From sequence record SRR20825006_1576: a stretch of 59,388 nt of DNA; one strand, written 5' to 3'. Shown one piece after another: positions 9,156-20,545 of this stretch (within the stretch, counting starts at the first letter, position 1; every line of letters begins with the position of its first letter). Position numbers and translations under genes: made by a program. The notes below the pieces were generated by a model that worked only from the letters and a program-made list of their open reading frames with translations, ran no database searches and had not been told where the DNA came from.

Positions 9156-10040
9156 CTACTGAAACTTCCCTAGTTCTGCTGCATCAAGCCCCATGATGAA
9201 AAGCCCTGCCTTGTCAGCAGCAGAAACGGTTTCGGTACGATTCAAAACCAGAGACCGCCCTGCCTCAACAGCGATTCCACACAGACCGGCCTCTGCCGCA
9301 GCAGACACGGTTTCGGGACCAATCGAAGGCAGGTCTGCGCGTAGCTCTTGCTGAGGTTTGCACAGCTTGACCAGAACGCCGGCACTGCGGCGTGAAATCC
9401 GCCCGATATCGCGCATCCAGGCAACGCGCCTCAGCATCTGATCAGTGCCTTCAGCACCTTCAACCGCAACAACGCGGCCACCAACACTGACAGCCCCCTG
9501 CCCTATGTCCAGCCGACCGATCGCCAAAGCCGCCTTAACAGCGGATTCTATGTCCCTTTGGCCTGCCCGATCTGCCTTGACATGCCCGATGACACCGGTC
9601 TCAACGACCAGATCTCCAGCGATATCCTGCGCTCCGACAATTTGAAAACCTTCGCGTTCGAACAGACTGATTGCCATACGAAGAACCGTGTCATCGCCGC
9701 CGCTGCGGACAGCGCGCCAGATCTCCGGGATCAATGTCAGAACCCTCAAAGTGGGACGCATGGACAAAAATTCCGGACGTGAGCGCACCCCGCCGGACAG
9801 CACGACCTTGGAAATACCACGTTCCTTAAGAACTCTGAACACAGGAGCAAACGCACCGATAGGTGCCTCCTTATGCGGAAATCCGGACCAGTCGTGATTG
9901 CTTTCGCCGCTTAATGGAATAATGAAGGGTGCGTAACCGGCTGTTTTTGCAGCCTCTGCAACACAAAGAGGAAGCAAGCCGCTTCCGGCGATAATCGCGA
10001 TCGGCTCCGCTGCCGGATCGGAAGCGGTACCCGTGTTCAC
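9156..10040 (-). CDS. lpxI: UDP-2,3-diacylglucosamine diphosphatase LpxI
   Basis: IIAGSGLLP, DIGQG, VEGAEGTD and DLPSIGP; lies between lpxA and lpxB. Confidence 0.9.
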   Translation of the reverse strand: MNTGTASDPAAEPIAIIAGSGLLPLCVAEAAKTAGYAPFIIPLSGESNHDWSGFPHKEAPIGAFAPVFRVLKERGISKVVLSGGVRSRPEFLSMRPTLRVLTLIPEIWRAVRSGGDDTVLRMAISLFEREGFQIVGAQDIAGDLVVETGVIGHVKADRAGQRDIESAVKAALAIGRLDIGQGAVSVGGRVVAVEGAEGTDQMLRRVAWMRDIGRISRRSAGVLVKLCKPQQELRADLPSIGPETVSAAAEAGLCGIAVEAGRSLVLNRTETVSAADKAGLFIMGLDAAELGKFQ

Positions 10041-10867
10041 GATTCGCTGCCTTTTCGACGTGATCCGGGGGTGGTCAATGCCCGCTCTCCCTCACGGTTC
10101 AAGACGAAATCAATAATTTCGCGGGCGGCATCGCTCTGTCCTGCGAAAGCTTCGCGTGCAGCTTCGGCATTTTCTTTTACACGTCCGTCTGCAAAGATCG
10201 CACGATAGGCTTTGCGCACAATATGAACCTCCGCACGGCTCATACCACTGCGCGTCATGCCAACGACATTCAGCCCCCCCATAAAGGCCGGATTATCAAC
10301 CACCATTGCATAGGGGATGATGTCATTCACAACGCCTGCAAGTCCACCGACAAAGGCTTGACGGCCAATATGTACAAACTGGTGGATAGCCGCACCGCCG
10401 CTTAAAATAACACGATCATCAATAATCGCATGGCCGCCAATCATAACATTGTTGGACAAAATCACATTGCTGCCGATACGGCAGTCATGACCAATGTGAG
10501 AGTTGGCCAGAAACAGGTTATTATCGCCAACAACAGTCTTGCCACCGCCATGAGATGATCCGGCGTTGATCGTCACACCTTCCCGCATGACACAGTTCTG
10601 ACCGATGGTAAGCGCTGTCAGTGAGCCATCGTGACGAACACTCTGTGGCTCACCGCCGATCACCGCCATCGGGAAAACTCTACAGCCATCACCCAGATGC
10701 GTCTGCCCTTCAACAACCGCGTGATGCATCAACGTGACATTCTGGCCGAGAACAGTACGGTTGCCGACATAGCAGAACGGCCCGATCTCACAGTTCTCAC
10801 CTATGACAGCTCCATCCTCAACCTCAGCAAGTTTGTGGATACGGGCAGAGCTGGCTATGTCAGTCAT
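10037..10867 (-). CDS. lpxA: UDP-N-acetylglucosamine O-acyltransferase
   Basis: Hexapeptide repeats; SHIGHDC and IHQF motifs. Confidence 0.95.
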   Translation of the reverse strand: MTDIASSARIHKLAEVEDGAVIGENCEIGPFCYVGNRTVLGQNVTLMHHAVVEGQTHLGDGCRVFPMAVIGGEPQSVRHDGSLTALTIGQNCVMREGVTINAGSSHGGGKTVVGDNNLFLANSHIGHDCRIGSNVILSNNVMIGGHAIIDDRVILSGGAAIHQFVHIGRQAFVGGLAGVVNDIIPYAMVVDNPAFMGGLNVVGMTRSGMSRAEVHIVRKAYRAIFADGRVKENAEAAREAFAGQSDAAREIIDFVLNREGERALTTPGSRRKGSES

Positions 10868-11331
10868 TCTTCTTCCTTGCGCACCATCATGGCGCCAATA
10901 TCGGCCTCAGCCACCATCTGGCCATCTACAATCGCCTCACAGTGAAATTTCCAGATTCGCCTCCGTTGCTTTTGCTTAACAACATGGAAGCGCACCTGAT
11001 CACCTGGTACGACAGGTTTACGGAAACGGGCGTTGTCAATCGTCATGAAATACACGAGATTATCGCTTTCATCCGCCTTGTGCGCGCATATCGCACCCGC
11101 TGTTTGTGCCATGCCTTCAACCAGAAGAACACCCGGCATAATGGGCAGTGTGGGAAAATGACCAACAAAATGTGGCTCATTTGCGGTCACATTCTTGATT
11201 CCGACTGCACTTTCGTCACCATTGATCTCGATAATCCGATCAACCAGAAGGAAAGGATAACGATGAGGAAGAAACTTCATAATATCAAGAAGTTCCATCG
11301 TTTCCAGCGTTTCGTTCGTCCCCTCACTCAC
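10864..11331 (-). CDS. fabZ: 3-hydroxyacyl-ACP dehydratase
   Basis: [15 protein letters not shown] and [11 protein letters not shown]. Probable GTG start at 11331. Confidence 0.95.
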   Translation of the reverse strand: MSEGTNETLETMELLDIMKFLPHRYPFLLVDRIIEINGDESAVGIKNVTANEPHFVGHFPTLPIMPGVLLVEGMAQTAGAICAHKADESDNLVYFMTIDNARFRKPVVPGDQVRFHVVKQKQRRRIWKFHCEAIVDGQMVAEADIGAMMVRKEEE

Positions 11332-12379
11332 CTTGATTTTCTCCTGCATTGGAAGCACGTTTTAATGTCTCAGCAACATGGCGCAAATGATCCCGGATAG
11401 GTCGGGCCGGATCGCCGCCTATCCGCATTCCGTCGGGGACTGAACCATACACACCACTCTTGGCAGCAATCTGAACACCGCTGCCAATTTCAATATGCCC
11501 GTTCACACCGACCTGCCCGCCTATCATAACCCCGTCGCCGATCTTGGTGCTACCGGCAACTCCACTCTGGCTGACAAACGCGCAATGCCGTCCGATCTCA
11601 ACATTATGCCCTATCTGCACGAGATTATCGATTTTGGTACCTTCACCGATGATTGTGTCATCCATCGCACCACGATCAATCGTGGAATTGGCTCCAATCT
11701 CAACATCATCCTGAATAATGACACGCCCGACCTGCGGCAATTTAATCATACCTGAAGGCCCGGGCGCATACCCAAATCCGTCCTGTCCGATACGGACGCC
11801 GGGATGAATAATCACGTTATTACCAATCAGGGAATGGGAAACAGAAACCTGAGCCGCCAGCGTCACGTTCCGGCCGATCTTTACATCAGCACCGACAACA
11901 CAACCAGGCAGAATGCGTGTACCAGCACCGATGGCAACTCGTGGGCCAATCACCACAAACGGGCCGATCTCAACACTTTTCTCGATAAGAGCTGATGGGT
12001 CAACCACCGCGTGAGGAGAAATTCCTGCCGCCGGGCCGGTAACAGACTGCGGCCGCATAGCCTGCGGATACAGCAGCGCGGAAATACGCGCAAAGGCCAA
12101 TTGCGGCTTATCGGTAACAAGAAGCGGCAAGCTTTTGGGAAGAAAGGAAACGAGGCCGGGAGGGCATATAATAGCGCCCGCCCTGCATCCATCCAGTTGC
12201 GGCAGGTTTTTTTTCGACTGGATATAACATATGTCTAGGGGGCCGGCACGATAGATAGGAGCGATCGACTCGATCTCGTACTCCGCGAAATCCTTCGACG
12301 ACAACTCAGCTCCGATGTGTGCAGCCAACTCACCCAAGCGAACAGGCTGCACAACATCAAAAAACTGACTCTGTTTCAT
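11324..12379 (-). CDS. lpxD: UDP-3-O-acylglucosamine N-acyltransferase
   Basis: Hexapeptide repeats; [16 protein letters not shown] and [12 protein letters not shown]. Confidence 0.95.
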   Translation of the reverse strand: MKQSQFFDVVQPVRLGELAAHIGAELSSKDFAEYEIESIAPIYRAGPLDICYIQSKKNLPQLDGCRAGAIICPPGLVSFLPKSLPLLVTDKPQLAFARISALLYPQAMRPQSVTGPAAGISPHAVVDPSALIEKSVEIGPFVVIGPRVAIGAGTRILPGCVVGADVKIGRNVTLAAQVSVSHSLIGNNVIIHPGVRIGQDGFGYAPGPSGMIKLPQVGRVIIQDDVEIGANSTIDRGAMDDTIIGEGTKIDNLVQIGHNVEIGRHCAFVSQSGVAGSTKIGDGVMIGGQVGVNGHIEIGSGVQIAAKSGVYGSVPDGMRIGGDPARPIRDHLRHVAETLKRASNAGENQGE

Positions 12380-12426
12380 CCGGCTTCACTCCAGAACTGA
12401 AAAGACGTTTGCTCTGGATAACAAGA

Positions 12427-14766
12427 TCAGAACGTGTTGGCGATGCCGAAACGGAACCGCTGCGTTTCATCAAAATCTTCCTTGACGAACGGAATAGCAT
12501 AGTCAAAACGCAGGTCGCCAAAGGGTGAATTCCAGATCAGACCAATACCAGCCGATGCACGGAGCGCGGCATCAGTACCTTCAATCGGACCAGCGTTGGA
12601 GACATCAACCTTGTTACCATATGCCGTACCGGCATCGACATAAGCCGCACCGCGCAGGCTGATATCTTCTGGAATGAGCGGCACGGGGAAATTCGCTTCA
12701 GCAGAAATCGTGGCATACGTCGTGGCACCAAGCGAGTTACCCTGCGATGTCCGAGGACCGATACCGGATTGCTCGAAGCCCCTGATCTGCTGCCCACCAA
12801 TAGTAAACTGATCGAATACGTTGAGGTTATCATCAAACGGCGTGACATAACCACCGCGCACCGTCAGCGAACCAATGATATCGGCCTGATCGGAAAGCAT
12901 CTGATAAACACGCGCCTTACCGGTGATCGCATAATAGTTCGAGTCGCCGCCGAGACCTGCAACCTTATTGGTTACAGCAGCAAGAACGCCCTCACGCGGC
13001 AAACGACGACTATCGACACTGGAATAGTTGAACGACTGCTCGATGGAAGAGACTGTCCACGGACCACCTCTAATCAGATCCTGAAAGATCGGAGAAAGGT
13101 TATCTTTATTGTCCCAGCCAACTTTGCCGCCATATTCAAAGTTCTGGTAGCTATACATCAGTGTCGTCGACAATTCGTTTGTCAGCGGAGCCGTCAGACG
13201 GATATCTCCCGCAGTCTCGGTGTAGTCGTAATAATCCTGCGACGAGGAGTAAGCACGATAAAGATCGAAACCGGCAGCGAGGCGATAACCCAGGAAGAAA
13301 GGCTCGGTGAAGCTGAAGTTATAAATCTGAGAATCGTCGTTACCTGCACCGGCAGACGCCTTGATGTACTGGCCGCGCCCCAGGAAGTTACGCTCTTCGA
13401 CACCAAGCTCCAGAACAAGAGCATCACCTTCAGCATCATAGCCCGCGCCAATCGAGAATGAACCAGTCGGCTCGTCTTCTACATTGACAACAATCACGAC
13501 ACGATCAGGCGCACTGCCCGGCTGCGTCGCGATATTGACCGAGCTAAAATAGCCCAGGGCCTCAAGGCGACGCTTGGTACGCGCGATCATCTCACGGTTA
13601 TAGGCATCGCCCTCGGCAAGATCGAATTCCCGGCGGATGACGTAATCGCGCGTCCGGGTATTACCAACGATATCAATGCGTTCAATGTAAGCTTTAACGC
13701 CCTGCTCAATCTCGTAATTCACCGAAACAGTGTTATCGGTAAAGTTTCTATCGCCGCGCGGATTGACCTGGGCAAAAGGATACCCTTGAGATGAAACGGA
13801 AGCAGCGATCGACTCTGAGGTCTGCTGGATCTTGTCAGCGTCGTAGGTCTTACCCTGCTTTGTATCAATCTCACGCTGAAGATTGTCGATATCGACACCT
13901 TCAACAGATGTCGAAACACCAACATTGCCGAACTTATAGCGATCACCCTCGGAAACAGTAAAGGTCAGGGTATAACTGTTGCTTGCCTCGTCATAATCGA
14001 CATCCGAAGAGATCAGACGAAAATCAGGAAAACCATGATTGTTATAGAAGGTGCGAAGCATCTCACCGTCAGCACGCAACTGATCGGGATTATAAATATC
14101 TTTACGCGTCAGGAACGAGAGCGGCGTGGACTTTTTCGTGAGGATGACACCTGCAAGACGCGCATTCGCAAACGTGTCATTTCCGACAAAATCGATCTTA
14201 CGGATTTTGGTACGGCCACCTTCATCGACCACGAACGCAACGTTGACACGATTATCGCCGACATTGGCTGTTTCGACGTTTACCTGAACTTCGGAGCGAC
14301 CGATCTGCGCATAAGCGTCTTCAATCCGCTGCGCATCAAGCTGGGCCTGAGCCTCATTATATGGACCAAGCGAACGAAGCTGAACAACACCCTGAAGCTT
14401 TTTATCCGAAACCTTCCGGTTGCCGTTGAAAACCAGTTGGTTGATCATCTGATTCTCGGTGACATCGACAACAAGCGTCGAACCCGAAACAGAGATGGCA
14501 ACGTCAGAGAAATAGCCAGAACCATAAAGATTGCGAATCGACTGATTGATATCAGCGTCACTGAATGACTTACCCGGCACAATCGTCAACTTCGACTTAA
14601 CTGCATCCGTGCCGGTCGTACCTGTCCCTTTAACAACAATATTATTCACGACAGCTGCGTAAGCACTGGCGGGCATGGCGACAGATGCGACAACTCCGCC
14701 GGATACGGCTACCGCAAACGACAACGCCGCCCCTGATACAGTGTTCAAAAATCTTGAACCGGCCAT
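12427..14766 (-). CDS. bamA: Outer membrane protein assembly factor BamA
   Basis: Signal peptide, POTRA repeats (GNTRTRDYVIRRE), ERNFLGRGQ, IRGF motif and terminal Phe. Confidence 0.95.
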   Translation of the reverse strand: MAGSRFLNTVSGAALSFAVAVSGGVVASVAMPASAYAAVVNNIVVKGTGTTGTDAVKSKLTIVPGKSFSDADINQSIRNLYGSGYFSDVAISVSGSTLVVDVTENQMINQLVFNGNRKVSDKKLQGVVQLRSLGPYNEAQAQLDAQRIEDAYAQIGRSEVQVNVETANVGDNRVNVAFVVDEGGRTKIRKIDFVGNDTFANARLAGVILTKKSTPLSFLTRKDIYNPDQLRADGEMLRTFYNNHGFPDFRLISSDVDYDEASNSYTLTFTVSEGDRYKFGNVGVSTSVEGVDIDNLQREIDTKQGKTYDADKIQQTSESIAASVSSQGYPFAQVNPRGDRNFTDNTVSVNYEIEQGVKAYIERIDIVGNTRTRDYVIRREFDLAEGDAYNREMIARTKRRLEALGYFSSVNIATQPGSAPDRVVIVVNVEDEPTGSFSIGAGYDAEGDALVLELGVEERNFLGRGQYIKASAGAGNDDSQIYNFSFTEPFFLGYRLAAGFDLYRAYSSSQDYYDYTETAGDIRLTAPLTNELSTTLMYSYQNFEYGGKVGWDNKDNLSPIFQDLIRGGPWTVSSIEQSFNYSSVDSRRLPREGVLAAVTNKVAGLGGDSNYYAITGKARVYQMLSDQADIIGSLTVRGGYVTPFDDNLNVFDQFTIGGQQIRGFEQSGIGPRTSQGNSLGATTYATISAEANFPVPLIPEDISLRGAAYVDAGTAYGNKVDVSNAGPIEGTDAALRASAGIGLIWNSPFGDLRFDYAIPFVKEDFDETQRFRFGIANTF

Positions 14767-15100
14767 ACTTAAATCTACCCTCTTACTCGCTCAGTATCCG
14801 CTACAATAAGCTCTGCGAATACTCGTTCTAATAGGTTAGCGGCGACGTGCAATAGCTCAACACGCTTAAACAGCGACTTCACCGCCCAGCGTGGCGAATC
14901 CGCCACGTTTTTTATGCAACATCGTTAATGAAAAGCCAATTCGGGAATTCTGATCCCTTAGCCCCCATCTGTTGTTTAGCTTCCTAGCAGTTCAGACGCC
15001 AAACGCAAGAGAACAATCACACACAAACATGACATCGGCAACATACATGTCACTTCAAGATATATGTAAACGCTCTCAATAGCTTAATGGCGGTAAAAAC

Positions 15101-16231
15101 TCACCCCATCCTGCCGATGGTATCATTCCAGGTCGCAAAGATCATCAAGCCCAGAACCATGACGAGTCCCACCCGAAACGCAAAATCCTGCACACGCGGA
15201 GGCAACGGACGCCCACGAACAGCCTCAATGGCATAGAACAGCAGGTGACCACCATCAAGCATGGGAACCGGCAGAAGGTTGAACAGCCCGACAGAAACCG
15301 AAAGTATCGCTGCGAAATTCGCAAATGCGACAACGCCCAGAGAGGCCATCTGCCCAGCCATACTGGCAACGCGCACCGGACCGCCAATCTGGTCGGCCCT
15401 CATGCGGCCGGTGAAAACATTGGCAATATAATCGTAAGTACTGACGACAATATGCCAACTTTGAAGAGCTCCCTGTCCTACCGCGTCGACCGGACCATAC
15501 CGCTCCACCCGAAAGTTTGCTGTTTCCTGATTCGCCACAACGCCGATCCGGCCGATTTCCATTTTGTTCCCAAATTGGTCCTCTTCCTCAAAACGGGAAG
15601 GTGTGACCTGAAGGTTCAGGATCTCGTCTTCGCGTTTCACCGATATAGTAATCGGAACTTCAGGACGAACGCTGATATAACGCACAACCTGCGAAAAATT
15701 GCTGACCTTCTGTCCATCAAGCGCAGTCATCACATCACCCGCTTCTATGCCGGCTTCGGCTGCCGGACTACCGGGCTGAACGTCGGAAACGACAGGATCG
15801 GAGACCGGACGGCCATAGATGGAGAAAATCACAGCAAAAATGGCAATTGCAAGAATGAAGTTGGCAATCGGCCCGGCTGCAACAGTTGCCGCGCGTTTCC
15901 AGAGTTTCGCACCGTTGAAGGTTTTGGCGCGTTCTTCCGGCGGCAGAGCGTCAAGCCCGTCAAAATCAGGGCGGCTTGCCGCGTCCTCATCGCCATAGAA
16001 GCGCACATAACCACCAAGCGGAATAGCACAAACCTTCCAGCGGGTACCGTGCCGGTCAGTCCGGCCAATCAGCTCTGGCCCAAACCCGATCGAGAAAGCC
16101 AATATACGGATTCCAGACCAGCGTGCGACGAGATAATGTCCCAGCTCGTGAAAGAAAACGAGGAATGAAATTGCGATCAGAAACGCGACAATCATTCCTG
16201 GCGCATGTGTAAAGCCGATATTCATCGTCAA
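15101..16231 (-). CDS. rseP: RIP metalloprotease RseP
   Basis: HELGH zinc motif, PDZ-like region and NLLPVPMLDGGH. Confidence 0.95.
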   Translation of the reverse strand: MTMNIGFTHAPGMIVAFLIAISFLVFFHELGHYLVARWSGIRILAFSIGFGPELIGRTDRHGTRWKVCAIPLGGYVRFYGDEDAASRPDFDGLDALPPEERAKTFNGAKLWKRAATVAAGPIANFILAIAIFAVIFSIYGRPVSDPVVSDVQPGSPAAEAGIEAGDVMTALDGQKVSNFSQVVRYISVRPEVPITISVKREDEILNLQVTPSRFEEEDQFGNKMEIGRIGVVANQETANFRVERYGPVDAVGQGALQSWHIVVSTYDYIANVFTGRMRADQIGGPVRVASMAGQMASLGVVAFANFAAILSVSVGLFNLLPVPMLDGGHLLFYAIEAVRGRPLPPRVQDFAFRVGLVMVLGLMIFATWNDTIGRMG

Positions 16232-17136
16232 GCTCCGCTGGCGCCAAGTGACGCATCAATAGCATTCCAGTGCAAGAGCACCTTGCCCACAGTGTCCCCG
16301 ACCGTCGGATCGATCATACGCGCAACGAGAGTCACCAAGAACAATAAAAACGCGGCGGCAACAAGACCATCAACACGGTCCATCACACCACCATGCCCGG
16401 GGATCAAATGGCTCGAATCCTTGACGCCGCAATATCGCTTGAGACCGGACTCAAAAAGATCACCCGCCTGAGAGCAGACCGACATGGCTAGAATGAGAAC
16501 GACAAAGCCAAAACGCGGAGAGCCGCCAAAAGCCACGCTGACAAGGACACCAGCGATGACCGCGAAAAAACAGCCACCTGCTGCCCCGGACCACGTCTTG
16601 CCCGGCGAAACAGAAGGGGCAAGTTTCGGTCCTTTTAATGATCGGCCGACAAAATAAGCCATTATGTCAGTCGACCAAACAACGGCAAAGACAAACAAAG
16701 TCGCAAAGACTCCCGGCCCTCCTCCGCTGCGTATCGCCGCCACGCTGACCATCGATGTTCCGGCATATAACAATCCCCCGGAAAGCCAGTTGGGTGCATC
16801 ATTGTCGGGCAGCGCAAGACGCAGGACGACAGCACCGATCAAGACAGCGAAAAATGCCAGTGCGAAATGCCCGGCCAGAAGTGCAAGTGCTGTACAAAGC
16901 AACAACACCCAACCCGCGACATACGGAAGACCGCCTACCGGAGGCGCGCCTCCCCTTTCAATATTGACCGCACCGAGCCGTGAACGCCCCATCGCCGTCC
17001 ACTCGTGAAAAACCAGTCCGCCTGTCAGAACAACAAGGGCATCAAAAACGCTGCCGCCAACCCATGTCGCCAGAAGAACGACTGCCGCCAGGATCAGCCC
17101 AAAGACCACACGCAGCTTCAATTCCTGCGACATCAT
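16228..17136 (-). CDS. cdsA: Phosphatidate cytidylyltransferase
   Basis: SPGKTWSG and GDLFESGLKR..GVKDSSHLIPGHGGVMDRVD. Confidence 0.95.
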   Translation of the reverse strand: MMSQELKLRVVFGLILAAVVLLATWVGGSVFDALVVLTGGLVFHEWTAMGRSRLGAVNIERGGAPPVGGLPYVAGWVLLLCTALALLAGHFALAFFAVLIGAVVLRLALPDNDAPNWLSGGLLYAGTSMVSVAAIRSGGGPGVFATLFVFAVVWSTDIMAYFVGRSLKGPKLAPSVSPGKTWSGAAGGCFFAVIAGVLVSVAFGGSPRFGFVVLILAMSVCSQAGDLFESGLKRYCGVKDSSHLIPGHGGVMDRVDGLVAAAFLLFLVTLVARMIDPTVGDTVGKVLLHWNAIDASLGASGA

Positions 17137-17879
17137 GAACCCGTCAACGCGGTTATCGGCTCATCGACCCCGCCATAACGACGACAACGTGCGCCGTAGG
17201 TCTCAAGAGCAGCGAAAAACATTTCACGGGAAAAATCGGGCCAAAGGCACGGTAGGAAAACGAATTCAGAATAAGCCGCCTGCCACATGAGGAAGTTCGA
17301 AAGCCTCTGTTCTCCGCTTGTGCGTATAATCAGGTCCGGATCAGGAATTCCCGCCGTATCGAGATGACTGCTAATAAGTGAGTCAGTGATATCGGTCGGG
17401 TCAAGCGCTCCCTGCATGACTTCCTGCGCAAGAGCCATCGCAGCCTTGGTAATCTCGGCACGGGAACCGTAATTCAATGCCACGATAACGTTCAATCCGG
17501 TGTTTTCAGCAGTGCGTTTTTCTGCCTTGTCCAGCGATTGCACGACCTCACCGCCCAACCCGGCACGCTCGCCGATCATCCGAAACCGTATGTTCTGGCG
17601 ATGATAATTCTCAAGCTCACGGTCAACGAACAAGGCAATGAGGCCCATTATGTCATTGACCTCATCCTCGGGACGCTTCCAGTTCTCCGACGAAAACGCA
17701 AAGAGCGTGAGATATCCGATCCCACTGTCCCGTGCAGCTTCCACCGAGGCACGAACAGCCTCCACGCCTTTTCGGTGCCCCATGACACGTCGCAGACCGC
17801 GCCCTTGCGCCCAACGCCCATTGCCATCCATGATAATGGCGACATGATCAGGTTTCGCAGCATTGGCAAACTTGGACAT
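17133..17879 (-). CDS. uppS: Undecaprenyl diphosphate synthase
   Basis: HVAIIMDGNGRWA, FSSENWKRP and IRTSGEQRLSNF. Confidence 0.95.
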   Translation of the reverse strand: MSKFANAAKPDHVAIIMDGNGRWAQGRGLRRVMGHRKGVEAVRASVEAARDSGIGYLTLFAFSSENWKRPEDEVNDIMGLIALFVDRELENYHRQNIRFRMIGERAGLGGEVVQSLDKAEKRTAENTGLNVIVALNYGSRAEITKAAMALAQEVMQGALDPTDITDSLISSHLDTAGIPDPDLIIRTSGEQRLSNFLMWQAAYSEFVFLPCLWPDFSREMFFAALETYGARCRRYGGVDEPITALTGS

Positions 17880-17917
17880 CTCGATACTCAATCTTCAAGC
17901 CTGTGGTCTCGCGGACG

Positions 17918-18478
17918 CTAAACCTGCATGATTTCCTTTTCTTTCTCAGCAAGCAAGTCATCAATACGGGAAATTGAATCATCCGTAAGCTTTTGAACAT
18001 CGTCAGAAAGGCTACGGCTGTCATCTTGACTGATATCACCGTTCTTTTCAGCCTTTTTGAGCTCATCCATGCCATCCCGGCGAACGTGACGAATCGCAAT
18101 TCTGGCTTTTTCGGCATATTCATGAGCCACTTTTGCCAGCGATTTACGGCGCTCCTCGTTGAGCTCTGGCAGCGGAATGCGAAGCGTCTGACCATCCATG
18201 ATCGGATTCAGGCCAAGATGTGATTCTCGGATGGCGCGGTCAACGGCAGCAGCCATTGTCTTGTCCCAGATGTTGACCGAAAGCATCCGGGGTTCAGGGA
18301 CGGTGATATTCGCCACCTGATTGAGCGGCACCTTCGAACCATAAGCTTCGACGTAGATCGGGTCCAGGATATTGGCCGAAGCGCGACCGGTTCGAAGAGA
18401 CGAGATATCCCCGACAAAGGCGTTCACAGAAGCTTCCATCCGGCGTTTGATATCGCTTAAATCGCTCGCATCACTCAT
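17918..18478 (-). CDS. frr: Ribosome recycling factor
   Basis: LRTGRAS, LGLNP and PELNEERRK. Confidence 0.97.
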   Translation of the reverse strand: MSDASDLSDIKRRMEASVNAFVGDISSLRTGRASANILDPIYVEAYGSKVPLNQVANITVPEPRMLSVNIWDKTMAAAVDRAIRESHLGLNPIMDGQTLRIPLPELNEERRKSLAKVAHEYAEKARIAIRHVRRDGMDELKKAEKNGDISQDDSRSLSDDVQKLTDDSISRIDDLLAEKEKEIMQV

Positions 18479-18530
18479 CGTTCATCTCCTTACGCAAACC
18501 TTTTCTCTCGGTTGGCATATTTTCCTAAAC

Positions 18531-19250
18531 TCAGTTCTCTGTCACAATTGTCTTGTGACCGCCACCGACCATGATCTCCCCGAAGCCACCTCGATCATGG
18601 ATCGAAAATACAATGATCGGGATACTGTTCTCACGCGCGACAGCCACGGCGGCAACATCCATCACCTGCAAACCACGGGCCAAAACCTGTTGATGTGTCA
18701 GGCGTTCATAACGCTCGGCATCCTTATGCTTCTTCGGATCAGCTGAATAAATTCCGTCGACCTGTGTGCCTTTAAAGATTGCCTCGGCACCCATTTCAGC
18801 TGCGCGAAGCGCTGCGGCTGAATCAGTAGTGAAAAACGGATTTCCGGTCCCGCCGGCGAAGATAACCACACGTCCCGCATCAAGATGCGCCCGCGTTGCA
18901 CGCTGGGAAAAGGATTCGCATATTTCCGGCATGGCAATCGCCGACAATACAACAGTTTCAACCTGCATCTTGCGCAAAGAGGTGGCCAGTGCCAGAGCGT
19001 TGATAACAGTACCGAGCATTCCCATATGATCGCCGGTCACACGTTCTCCGCCTTTGGAAGCCACTGCGACGCCGCGGAAAATATTACCACCGCCGACCAC
19101 AATTCCAACCTCAACGCCCATCGCACGCACATCGGCAATATCAGAGGCGATCCGGTCAGCGATATTCACATCTATGCCGAACCCCTGATCACCCATCAGC
19201 GCTTCGCCCGAAACTTTTAACAAGACACGCTTGTAGACCGGTTTGTCCAA
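18531..19250 (-). CDS. pyrH: UMP kinase
   Basis: RVLLKVSGEAL, GGGNIFRG and GTGNPFFTTD. Probable TTG start at 19250 after GGAG. Confidence 0.97.
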   Translation of the reverse strand: MDKPVYKRVLLKVSGEALMGDQGFGIDVNIADRIASDIADVRAMGVEVGIVVGGGNIFRGVAVASKGGERVTGDHMGMLGTVINALALATSLRKMQVETVVLSAIAMPEICESFSQRATRAHLDAGRVVIFAGGTGNPFFTTDSAAALRAAEMGAEAIFKGTQVDGIYSADPKKHKDAERYERLTHQQVLARGLQVMDVAAVAVARENSIPIIVFSIHDRGGFGEIMVGGGHKTIVTEN

Positions 19251-19293
19251 AGCCCTAAACTCCAACTAAGAAAAGTAAAATCCGGATACACGA

Positions 19294-19321
19294 AGGGCGC
19301 CGCAATGTCACGCGGCGCCCT
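19294..19321 (-). terminator. Hairpin or terminator downstream of tsf
   Basis: Perfect 10-bp stem AGGGCGCCGC-8nt-GCGGCGCCCT; the U tract is weak. Confidence 0.55.
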
Positions 19322-19347
19322 GAGATTTCAATCGCAAAAAACCGGGG

Positions 19348-20274
19348 TTAGCCCCTGGCGGTTGCAGCAACTTCGGCAGCGAAGTCTTCTTCTTCCTTCT
19401 CAACACCCTCACCGAGTGCGAGGCGGGCGATGGAGGCAACCTTGATCGGAGCGCCAACTTCCTTTTCCGCTTCCTTGACAGCCTCTTCAACTGTCAGGTC
19501 AGGATTGATGACGAAAGCCTGCGACAGAAGAGCAACTTCCTGGAAGAATTTGCGCATACGGCCTTCAACCATTTTCTCGGCAATATTCGTCGGCTTGCCG
19601 GATTCTTTGGCCTGCTCAAGGAATACAGCGCGTTCACGGTCGGCTACAACCTTGTCAACTTCCTCCGCACGGACAGCCAGAGGGTTCGTGGCAGCAACAT
19701 GCATGGCAACCTGACGGCCAATGGCCCTCAGGGCTTCTTTGTCACCTTCCGATTCCAGAGCAACCAGAACGCCCAGCTTACCAAGGCCTTCGGCAGCAGC
19801 ATTGTGGACATAGGAGGCAACAACGCCATTTTCGACCGAAAGCCTGGAAGCACGGCGCAGTGTCATATTTTCGCCGATTGTACCGATAGCATCCTTGATC
19901 GTGTCTTCGACGCTCTTTCCGGTTTTCGGATAGTTTGCAGCAGCAATCGCTTCAACAGAGCCGTCAGTCGACAGCGCAACTTCGGCAATGCCGGAAACAA
20001 GTTCCTGAAAGGCTTCGTTGCGGGCAACAAAGTCCGTCTCGGAGTTAACTTCAACGACAACAGCCTCGTTGCCTGAGTCTGCAATACCGATCAGACCTTC
20101 GGCGGCGGTGCGACCGGATTTCTTGTCAGCCTTGGCGATACCCTTAGCACGCAGCCAGTCGATTGCGGCTTCCATGTCGCCATCAGTCTCAGCCAGTGCC
20201 TTCTTGCAATCCATCATGCCTGCGCCGCTTTTTTCGCGCAGTTCTTTCACCATTGCAGCCGTGATCGTGCTCAT
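19348..20274 (-). CDS. tsf: Elongation factor Ts
   Basis: [19 protein letters not shown] and [12 protein letters not shown]. Confidence 0.98.
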   Translation of the reverse strand: MSTITAAMVKELREKSGAGMMDCKKALAETDGDMEAAIDWLRAKGIAKADKKSGRTAAEGLIGIADSGNEAVVVEVNSETDFVARNEAFQELVSGIAEVALSTDGSVEAIAAANYPKTGKSVEDTIKDAIGTIGENMTLRRASRLSVENGVVASYVHNAAAEGLGKLGVLVALESEGDKEALRAIGRQVAMHVAATNPLAVRAEEVDKVVADRERAVFLEQAKESGKPTNIAEKMVEGRMRKFFQEVALLSQAFVINPDLTVEEAVKEAEKEVGAPIKVASIARLALGEGVEKEEEDFAAEVAATARG

Positions 20275-20545
20275 AACTTGCCTCTTATCCATTTGATGGC
20301 GACGCCCGTTTCCGGTCACGTCGATTTGGGCAACAAACTGTACCCGTAAGTATGACAGAGTGATGAAGAACAGCACCCTCGTTTTTCAACGAGAAAAGGT
20401 GCACGATAAATACTTCATCTAACACTTCAAGCCGATGGTCCCTTCAACAGAAACAACCGACTGGGAAGCGCATCAAATGCGCTCCACCGTTTTCGAATTC
20501 CAAAAGCAAGTGACCGCCACAAACAGACGGTCACCCTGACAAGAC

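Noticed and set aside
15245-16168. 307-aa ORF antisense to rseP, and similar shadows over bamA, rpsB, ppa (31924-32637), poxB and psuG/psuK (57066-58010)
   Set aside because: They overlap well-supported genes on the opposite strand and have no protein-family features.
15101-17136. No dxr between cdsA and rseP, and no skp after bamA
   Set aside because: As I recall, this is the normal arrangement in Rhizobiaceae, so it is not evidence of pathway loss.
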